Shown piece after piece: positions 12,601 to 21,649 of a stretch of 64,000 nt of DNA. Location: assembly GCA_047967505.1 (NCBI GenBank), contig CM106538.1, one strand, 5' to 3'. The stretch's first letter is position 1; every line of letters begins with the position of its first letter. The position numbers and the translations under genes are program-made. The notes beneath the pieces were generated by a model that was not told the DNA's origin, ran no database searches, and saw only the letters and a list, made by a program, of their open reading frames with translations. The stretch is from Dipteris shenzhenensis (lineage: Eukaryota).

Positions 12601-13960
12601 AGACATATGGCATTGATTATGAAGAAACATTCAGTCTGGTTGCAAGGATGGCAACTGTAAGAGCAGTCATTGCTATGGCTACATCAAAGGGATGGTCTTT
12701 ACATCAGATGGATGTAAAGAATGCCTTCTTGCATGGTGATTTGCAAGAAGAGGTCTTTATGGAGCAGCCACCAGGTTATGTTCATGTTGTTTTGTTTGCA
12801 AGTTGAAGAAAGCCTTGTATGGCTTGAAGCAAGCACCTAGAGCATGGTCTCACAAGATAGGACAGTATCTTGTCACTAATGGCTTTCAGATTTCCAAGGC
12901 AGATTTCTCACTTTATGTGAGAAAAATAGAGAAAGGTATTATGCTGCTTGTTATTTATGTTGATGATTTGATCATCACAGGTGATAGTGATGAAGATATC
13001 CTTCATGTGAAAATGCTATTGAAGTAGAAGTTTGAGATGAAGGATTTGGGATAGCTGTGTTATTTCTTGGGCATTGAGGCAATTAGATCACCAAGTGGGA
13101 TACGGCTCTTATAGAGGCAGTATGGATTGGACATGCTGTCCACCAAATATGGGATGACAGGCTGTAAGCCTATTTCAGTTCCTTTGGAGCAGAATGTGAA
13201 GCTGAGCATAGATGCAGGTGAGCTTCTGGAAGACCCTACTATGTACAGGTGCATAGTAGGAAGTTTGATTTATATGACTATTTCCAAGCCAGATTTGAGC
13301 TATGCTGTTGGATTGGTAAGTCAGTTTATGCAGGCTCCAAGGAAACCCCTTTTGGATGCGGCTAAATGCATACTCAGGTATGTGAAGTCCACATTGCAGT
13401 ATGGACTATTTTATGAGGTTGGGGTTCAGATACAGTTGCATGGATACACTAATGCTGATTGGGCTGGTAGTATTTCTGGTAGATGATCTACCAGTGGATA
13501 TGTGTTCTCTTTTGGGAGTGCTGCAGTCACTTGGAGCAGCAAGAAACAGCCTACAGTTGCCTTCTCCAGCATAGAGGCTGAGTACACGGGTGCAGCAATG
13601 GCTGCACGTGAGGTAGCTTGGTTGCATAAGCTACTTTATGATATGCATCAGTCTATAGATGGGCCAGTTGTCATTTATTGTGACAACATGAGCATTATAC
13701 ACTTGGCAAATAACCCAGTCTATCATGCTAGAACAAAGCACATTGAGGTGCATTATCACTATGTGTAGGAGAAGGTTTTACTAGGTCTTATTGATCTAGT
13801 TTATGTCAGCACAGAGGATCAGGTAGCTGACATATTTACGAAGGCATTGGGTGCAGAGAAGATGTGCAAGTTCAGAGACCTACTTGGTGTGCAGGAATTG
13901 GGATTGAGCTTGACGGGGAGTGTTGAGATATCGAGCTCCACTCGTGATATGCCAGGGTGA
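9649..13960 (+). pseudogene. Copia-2 gag-pol with many stops, frameshifts and small deletions
   Basis: Motifs [56 protein letters not shown]. Confidence 0.95.
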
Positions 13961-14273
13961 CCATTGTGCATTTATGTCATCGGCTTGTTAGCTGTAGATG
14001 CGATTGGTACACCACCCATGAATAATAGCTGGATGACAGCTATCCTTATGTACTCTAGTTTGTGGCTCAGTTAGTATGCCACCTTAGTTAGCTGAGTTTG
14101 GTTTGAGACCCACATATAGGGTTCTCCTATTTCTTTGTACTAGAGTTCTTTTGGCTTTCACAACTAAGAAGAGGAAAACTGTTTTCAGCCTCCAACCTTT
14201 GTGTGTATTCCCCCATTGTGTATGTGAGAAAGCCGCAAGTGAGACTCCTTCCTTCTCTCCCACTATCTTCACA
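13921..14273 (+). repeat. Copia-2 3' LTR
   Basis: TGTTGAG...TTCACA, direct repeat of 8789-9130. Confidence 0.95.
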
Positions 14274-14278
14274 CTTTT

Positions 14279-14734
14279 GAGTGAAGACGAGAATCCAAAG
14301 CCATAATAAATTTGCTCATGTTTAAGTGCTCCATCCCTGAGAGACTTTGAGAGGCTGATGATGCAGATGCCATAGCTCGCAATGCTACCCTTTCATACTT
14401 TGTCCATAAAACTTGTTTCATATTGGATTGCCAACGCAGAGACCAACTCACCCTCTCCTTGATAGAACCGGTCCAACTACAATATCAAAGCATTTGGTGA
14501 CTCCACAGTCCCAAATCTCTGCTTCATTGCTACCACCACTTGGTCCCAGTCCTCCTTGGTAGACTTTAGCAAGTCCTCATGCCAACTCAAGGCTACACCT
14601 TCAAGAAAATCAGGCAAAATCTCCATCCCATCCTTCATGGACCATCCAAAAATCCGGCATCCTCGAATAAAATCCCAAAGATAAGACTCCGGGTCTTCCC
14701 CTTGGGTCCCTCGAAACACTGGAATCTTCACCAT
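14279..14734 (-). pseudogene. Gypsy gag N-terminus (capsid)
   Basis: MVKIPVFRGTQGEDPESYL...FLEGVALSWH. ...LDSRLHSK joins VMSKDPITY at 8783 once Copia-2 is removed. Confidence 0.88.
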
Positions 14735-14809
14735 GATGAAACACAAAAAGGAAACACCAAGATCCAAATAATATTCCAAACAAGATCCAAATACAATCCC
14801 ACAGAGCCT

Positions 14810-15786
14810 TAGTATACCAAGACCATCTTATTATGCATGACCACTTGTTGAAAACCCTCCACAATGTGATCCTCAACAAAATCTTCAAAAATAAGTGACC
14901 AACCAGCACCATGAAAACATTTGTATACATGCATTCCAGAATCACCCTTCTCACAATAGGAAGTGCACATAAAAGCTTTAAGATATTGTACTCTTTGTCA
15001 TTTCCATAGCAAAAGAAGTTGAAAGCATTAAGAATCACCACTCCACTGTTATATACGAAAACTACCCAAAGACTCAACTCTTCTTCACACCAAGCTGCCA
15101 GTGCATGAAACGATCTCCAATCTATCATTGTGCCTGCTGACAGTGTTGTCGATTCACCAACATATTCAACAGTGCAAACATAAAGGATATGATCATGGTG
15201 ACTCACGTGCGAATATCTTGAGCATCACCTTCACAATCTTCAAGTTCTCTTAAATGGGCTACAATCTCTTCTAATGGAATTCTTCGAGGCATTTTCTTTA
15301 TCTCATCAGAAACACATGCCTATACTAGGCATAACATCCAATCAAGTACACCTGAGACTGTTTAATAAGGTGGGATGAATACAATACCAAACGTACCCGG
15401 TGTCTCCACCAAAAGATGTGACATGAAGTTGGGGGTAATAAACTTCACACACCTCTTCACTTCCTGCTGCTTTCGAACCGATTAACAAAGATATTTATTA
15501 TTGAGAATGGGACATTACAAAGACGCTTTTATGCCAAGATACCACACCATACTTTCCTCCCTCAGATGAGAATGAAGATGGTAACATCCCAAGTGATGTT
15601 GTACTCAAGCATAGGGAGAAGGAAAGGATCAACAGAGGCCATAATCTCAGCGAGCCAGTCTGTGCCAAAGAGAAGAGCGATACATTGTTGAAAGAAGATC
15701 TTGCGGCTCAACATGACATGAACTGATACATATTGAGGAGTTTGAAGGGGCTGATTGGGTCAGATGGGTAGATTCCGAGGAAACAT
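14810..15786 (-). pseudogene. Degenerate accessory ORF region upstream of Gypsy gag (unknown proteins)
   Basis: Several short frames are conserved in the sister copy (17920-18845). The first (ATG at 15786) aligns at protein level with the ORF at 50978-51202. Confidence 0.6.
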
Positions 15787-15839
15787 TGCACCTCCTTCAT
15801 AGACACCTTTACACTTAGCTCAAAACACTCTACAAACTA

Positions 15840-16360
15840 TCATTAGACACAGAGGCCTATAACTTTTAGTAGAGACATAATATCAGAGATTCAAACACAC
15901 AAAGAAATGCACCTTGAGATGGCTTCACACTGATATAAGTTTCATTGAAAACAGATAGACGGTTGAAGAGATATGGATAGTTTACTTGAAGGGGGTAAAA
16001 ATTGTCATGAAAACAGACTGTCAAACATAGAGACTCATAACATTTTGCAGTAATATCTAATTCAAGATCTAAGCAATAAAGACATGCATCTTAAAGAGAG
16101 CTTGCCTCACTCTGATATATGTTTCGTAAGAAACAGAGAAGTGGCCAAAAAGTTATGGACAGTTTACTAGACAGTTTACTAGACAGGGGTAAAAAATATC
16201 ATGAAAATAGACTGTTAGACACAGAGACTCATAACTTTTTGCAGCAGTATCTGATTCAAGATCTAATTACATACTAGCATGCTATTTAAAGAGAGCTTTG
16301 CATTGACATAAATTTTATTAAAATCAAACTATCGAGCAGAAAGTTATGAGCAAAACACAT
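15840..16360. repeat. Three diverged tandem ~180-190 bp units in the Gypsy leader
   Basis: A GACACAGAGACTCATAAC-like anchor recurs at ~15846, ~16025 and ~16218. Confidence 0.65.
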
Positions 16361-16502
16361 GAAAACTGCCTTCCACCATGCTAATTTTGCCTAAGTAGGA
16401 TGCTCCATCCAGACTCCACCTTCATCAACGATCCACCCCTCATAGATTTTGCCTAGAAGAGCGGAAGAAGTTTGCATGGTGGCTCAGGAAACAGATGGAC
16501 CA

Positions 16503-17477
16503 TGTGTGCACAATGAGCAGCCGAATAGAACGAACTTTTCAAGCTTTGAAAGAAAGAAAAGGGAAGAGACACTCGAGAGAGAGAACCTAAAGTGACCTTC
16601 ATTACCAATAGAGTGAGAATCCACTCCAACACTACAAACACAAGGGAGAAGAAGAGGTTTCATACATACAAGAGGGAGCGAAAGCTCCAAAACTACTCAT
16701 AGAGAGAGAATAAGCTAGAGAGAGATGGACTCAAGAGTCTACATAAGAGAATATCTACAAGAGGGAGAGAAGGCTCATGGAAGAGGCTTGAGGAGACTAG
16801 AGCTACAGCAACATGAGGCCTAATGGTGGAAGAGATTGATGAATAAGGGAGAGGAGGTCTCCTTTTATAGAGATTTTATCACCCTCCTTCATCCATTTAC
16901 AATTGCTGCCTATAGATTCCTTTCCCCATCAATCACATAAGCACGTATGTCACCATCCATGTCCTTTTTGGCTACTCTTGCCATGTGTCCCATCACAAGA
17001 TTCTCAAGACTCTTAAAATATTGAGAAAGTCAAGAGTCTCCCCACATGGAGCCCATAGGGACCCTCTCTTTTCCACATGTCCACATCCTCCTTATTCCAC
17101 ATAGGAATTCTAGAAGGATTCCTCTTGACTTCACACTCCTCCACATGCCTTCCACAGGCTTGGCATGTGGCCTCTCTTATATCATTGGAACACATGGACA
17201 TGAGCCCACCTCTTTATATGACTTACTCTTCCTATTTTCTATTAACTCCATAATATCCAGTACACAAATAACTCTCACCCCATACCAAGGTATTTATAAT
17301 TCATACCTATGGTATTTACAATGAGCCATTTCACTCATCCTCTCAATCCCATACAATATCATAGAAAATAGAAATAAGTGAGAGCCACTAGGCTATCACT
17401 TGATACTCAAACTCTTATCAAACATAGAGAAAAACAATACCAATGCCAAATTAAAAATATCAATTTTTGGCATCACA
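16503..17477 (-). repeat. Putative 5' LTR of the Gypsy element
   Basis: Minus strand starts TGTGATGCC at 17477, where homology to the sister copy's gag ends. TATA-like CTATAAAAGG at rc 16861-16870, followed by a CT-rich tract. The inner boundary (CA then TGGTCC near 16503) is tentative, and the partner LTR is outside the window. Confidence 0.5.
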
Positions 17478-17485
17478 GTGCTCTA

Positions 17486-18847
17486 GGTTGTCTTGCATTA
17501 ACCAAATGCAATTTCAAATCAGCAAACTCTGCCATCAATTGGGAGATATTATGATCTAACTCAGAGGACTTTGGTACCTGAGGAGTACTGCAACATTAAA
17601 GCATTTGGCGACTCCACTACTTCAAATCTCTGCTTCATTGTAGCCACAACTTGGTCCCAGTCCTCCTTGGTAGAGTTCGACAAGGCCTCACACCAACTCA
17701 ATGCTACACCTTCAAGAAAATCAGGCAAAATTTTTGCTTGATCCTTCATGGACCATCCAGAAATCCGGCATCCTCGAACAAAATTCCGAAGATAAGACTT
17801 CGGGTCTTCCCCTTGGGTCCCTCAAAACACTGGAAACTTTACCATGATGAAACACAAAAAGGAAACTCCAAAATCCAAACAATATCCCAAGTAAAATCCA
17901 AACAAGATCCCACAGAGCCTTAGTATATCAAGACCAGCTTGTTATGCATAACCACTTGCTGACAACCCTCCACAGCATGATCCTCGACCAAATCTTCAAA
18001 AATAAGTGACCAACTAGCACCGTGGAAATATTGTGTATACATGCATTCAATAATCACCCTTCTCACAATTGGAAGTGCACATAATAGCTTCAAGATATAG
18101 TACTCTTCATCATTTGCATAGCAAAAGAAGTTGAAAGCATTGAGAATCACCACTCCATTGTTATAGTAAAAAACCACCCAAAGACTCAACTCTTCTTCAC
18201 ACTAAGCTTCTAGTGCATGCCAACCTATCATTGTCCTTGCTGACGGCATTGTCGATTCACTAACATATTCAAGAGTGCACACATAAAGGATATGATCATG
18301 ATGATAATGCGAATAGCTTGAGCATCACCTTCACAATCTTCTAGTTCTCTTAATCTCTTCTAATGGAGTTCTTCCAGGAATCCTCTTTATCACATCAAAA
18401 AACACATGCCTATACTAGGCACAACATGCAATCCATTACACCTGAGACCGTTTCGTATGGTGGGATGAATCCAATACCAAACGTACCCAGCGGCTCTATC
18501 AAAAGATGTGACATGAAGTTGGGGGTAATAAACTTCACACAACTCTTCACTTCCTACTGCTTTCGAACTGAGTGATAGAGATATTTATCACTGGGAAAGG
18601 GACATTAAAAAGAAGCTTTTATACCAAGAGACCACACCATACTTTTCTCCCTTAGATGAGAATGAAGATGGTAACACACCAAGTGATGTTGTACTCAAGC
18701 GCATAGGGAGAAGGAAAGGCTCAGCGGAGGCCATAATCTCAGCAAGCCGGTCTGCACCAAAGAGAAGAGCGATATATTGTTTAAAGAAGATCTTGCGGCT
18801 CAACATGACATGAACTGACATATATCTAGGAGTTTGAAGGGTCTTAT
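17486..18847 (-). mobile_element. Second, internally deleted fragment of the same Gypsy family (accessory ORFs plus gag)
   Basis: 17486-17586 matches ~8555-8656; 17587-18847 matches ~14476-15755. Confidence 0.9.
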
Positions 18848-19352
18848 TATTGAGATATCGAGCTCCACTCATGATATGCGAGGGTGACCGTTGTGCATTT
18901 ATGCCACTGACTTGTTAGCTGCAGATGTAGTTGGTACACTGCCCATGAATACTGCCCATGAATAATAGCTGGATGATAGCTATCTTTATGTACTCTAGTT
19001 AGTGGCTCAGTTAGTATGCCACCTAGGCTAGCAGAGTTTGGTTTGAGACCCACATATAGGGCTCACCTATTCCTTTTGTACTTAGAGAGAGTTCTTTTGG
19101 CTTTCACAATTAAGAAGAGGAAAACTGTTTTCAGCCTCCACCTTTGTGTGTATTCCCCCATTGTGTATGTGAGAAAGCTGCAAGTGAGACTCCTTACTTC
19201 TCTCCCACTCTCTTCACATGGTCTACGAGCTTGGTTCATGGTAAGGATCTCAAGAAAGCAAACCAAGTTCGCGGTGTCTTGGTAAGAGTATCAGTGTTGC
19301 TTTCCTTTTTTGAGTTTGGGAGCAAATCTCTGCAGGTAGCATAGCTGGAAAG
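18848..19352 (+). mobile_element. Truncated Copia (Copia-2/4 family): 5' LTR, decayed PBS and start of leader
   Basis: LTR 18848-19218, then TGGTCTACGAGC. Leader homology to 9131-9270 ends near 19350. Confidence 0.9.
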
Positions 19353-19599
19353 TACAAGAGTGATGGGGTATCTCAAGGTGTATGCCTCAGGCACACCTTG
19401 GCTTCTATGTGTGAGTGCTAGAGGCACAGTTAGGTGCCCACAAGCACAGTTAGGTGGTGGAGAGCCACATAGGATGATTGAGAGAATCTAGGAACAAATT
19501 GAGGAGATGATTATGGAGCTCTGAAGTCATGAGTGATGTCAATGAGCATGTATGAGGTGCCTACTTAAGGACCTCACTCTTCTTCATTCCATAATGCAA

Positions 19600-21491
19600 G
19601 CATTTAAGCTCTCTTGAGACTATGCTAAAAACTTGATCGATATCCTCATGTGTATGCCCAACATACAAAAATCCACATTTGACCTCATTGAAGATTCGAT
19701 GAGCAACTAGCATGGAGCAAAATGCAAACATGAGTACATTCTTATTTTCTCACCCGCAATTATCAGCTTGTATTCTCAAATTCAATGATAGGAGACCTTT
19801 TTCTGCATGTACATTGCGAATTGCCTTCATAATAGATGTTACAACTTGATTGCTATCATGTAGATGCAAGGAATCAATCCATATATTTGCAAAGAACTTA
19901 ATTCCATGCACTAACACTCCACATAGATGTGTCTTTAGAAAGTGCTTTCCTTGTAATTTAGGTGGAGTGGCAACAAAACGAGGCAATGTTGTTGTATTCT
20001 GATCCATGCCATCTACAATAAGGCACATGTAGTCATCGGGATGCGAAATAGCTTGCTCCTTCCAAAATGCATATTTTTGATGAGATTTTCGGGTTTTTTT
20101 GTATAATTCCCTTTGATTTGGACATGTTGCACTCTCAATCGCTCGCTTTAAATCATCACAGACATTGCACTTTGACATTTTTTGCCTCCTTGGGATTTTA
20201 ACATATCCAAAGTTCTTCTTCCAAAGAGTATACAAAGTATGAGAAGAAGCTACGGCATTCCCTCTTTGCCTTTGCTTTTTTGCAATAGAGTCAAATACTT
20301 TGAGCTTTGTCAAGCCCATTGGAAGGTGCATTTCAGTGATCGCGTCACCATTAGGGAGTTTGGTAGATATATGGGGTTGAGGTAAAGCATTTTCATGTAT
20401 GAAGTCTTGCAAAATTACTGCTACCCTGACAGTTGAGATTCTTGATTTGAACCTTCCTCTATTACCATGAATGCTAAATTTGTTGCCACCCTTTGCCTTG
20501 GTGACTAAATCCCATTATGTACCATGGGATAATCCAGTAATATTGCGATATGCCTTATTGCAAATCTTTTTTCCATTTATGAGAGGTTTTACCTTTTGTC
20601 TTGAACTTAGCCTTTTATTGTCATTCTGAAGAAATCAAGAGAGACTTGTGAGAAGGTATTCATTTCTTTCGCTTCCTCTTCTTTGCCACACGTGTCCTCT
20701 ACATTCCCTGATGTCTGCAAGATCAATGAAGTGCATACATCTTCACTTGCAACATAGATATCCCAATGCATTTAACATGTTCTCCTCCTTCATTACTCTC
20801 TTCCTCTTTGGTTGCTTTTGTGGATCTGCCTGGATTGTCGCTTTCTCTTCATGCATATGTATGACCGTTTTCATTCCTCGTGCACGTTGTTATCTGTATT
20901 TATGCACTTCTTCTCCTCACATTTGTTTGTAACCATGCATCCATGATTGGTCGTTGCATCCTTGGCCATATCACAATAAAAGTTAAATATTGAATAATCC
21001 TCTGTTGATCTCATTCTCGTTTTTAACATACTCTTAGGACCATTCAATGAATTCAATATTCTACGAGAGTATTGAGAACCTTGAAACTCTTCCACTCCTG
21101 AGAGGACATCGCTCATTGGGACATCTTGCATGGATTTCACAAATCCACAAGCTTGATTGACACCAGGTTTGTTAATATACATGAACTCATCCACACTTGA
21201 CAAGACATCACTATTGAAACCTTTGCCCTTCTCACTGTGCAAGAATTCATCCACCCCAGATAAGGCTTTGCTTCTAAAATCATTTTGTTTTTTGGAACCA
21301 ATGAACTCATCCACTCCAGATAAGATGTCACTTCTATAATTGAGTACATTGAAATCATCCACATTTGAAGTGATAGAGCCTCGCACATGGGCACACTTTT
21401 TAGGTCCTTTGATATTGTAGTATACCTTGTCTTTATCATTGAAAACCACGTGTCTCTTCCTCATGTTTAAAAATTGCATGCTCCATCTCAT
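19600..21491 (-). pseudogene. Sola-like (DDD) DNA transposase, degenerate and 3'-truncated
   Basis: Motifs across frames: INGKKICNKAY...HGN, KCNVCD, LIVDGMDQ, IQADNCG*ENKN, FLYVGHTHEDIDQVFS. Confidence 0.7.
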
Positions 21492-21649
21492 ATTCTTGCC
21501 TACCTCATAGTAGGGATCACATAAGGATCTTTGTGAGAGTCCTTTGCAAGCAAGCTACAGTAGCAACAATTACATAAATATTAGTCTCTTTTTAATAATC
21601 TACTCATTTATTATAATTTTTAATTAGTACTTAATTTATTGGTGGGAGA

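Larger units (their letters stand above)
8789..14273 (+). mobile_element. Ty1/Copia LTR retrotransposon (Copia-2), nested in Gypsy gag
   Basis: LTRs 8789-9130 and 13921-14273; TSD CTTTT (8784-8788 / 14274-14278); PBS TGGTATCAAAGC at 9131; PPT GACGGGGAG before 13921. Confidence 0.97.
1..17477 (-). mobile_element. Degenerate Ty3/Gypsy LTR retrotransposon (non-chromovirus, Tat-like, dual RNase H). Runs off the left window edge and is interrupted by two Copia elements
   Basis: Minus-strand order: putative LTR, accessory ORFs, gag with zinc knuckle, protease, RT, RH, aRH. Reading frames rejoin when the two Copia insertions and one copy of each TSD are removed. Confidence 0.85.

Noticed and set aside
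15787-15800. Shine-Dalgarno-like AAGGAGGT just before the ORF B homolog ATG
   Set aside because: Only 3 nt from the ATG, eukaryotic context, and absent before the 51-kb homolog. Probably chance.
16490-16503. TGGTCCATC as the Gypsy primer-binding site
   Set aside because: I cannot match it convincingly to a tRNA 3' end, so it is used only as a tentative LTR boundary.
19353-19600. Possible left terminus of the Sola-like element
   Set aside because: The transposase appears cut shortly after its last catalytic motif. The adjoining sequence shows no TIR and looks like an unrelated fragment.
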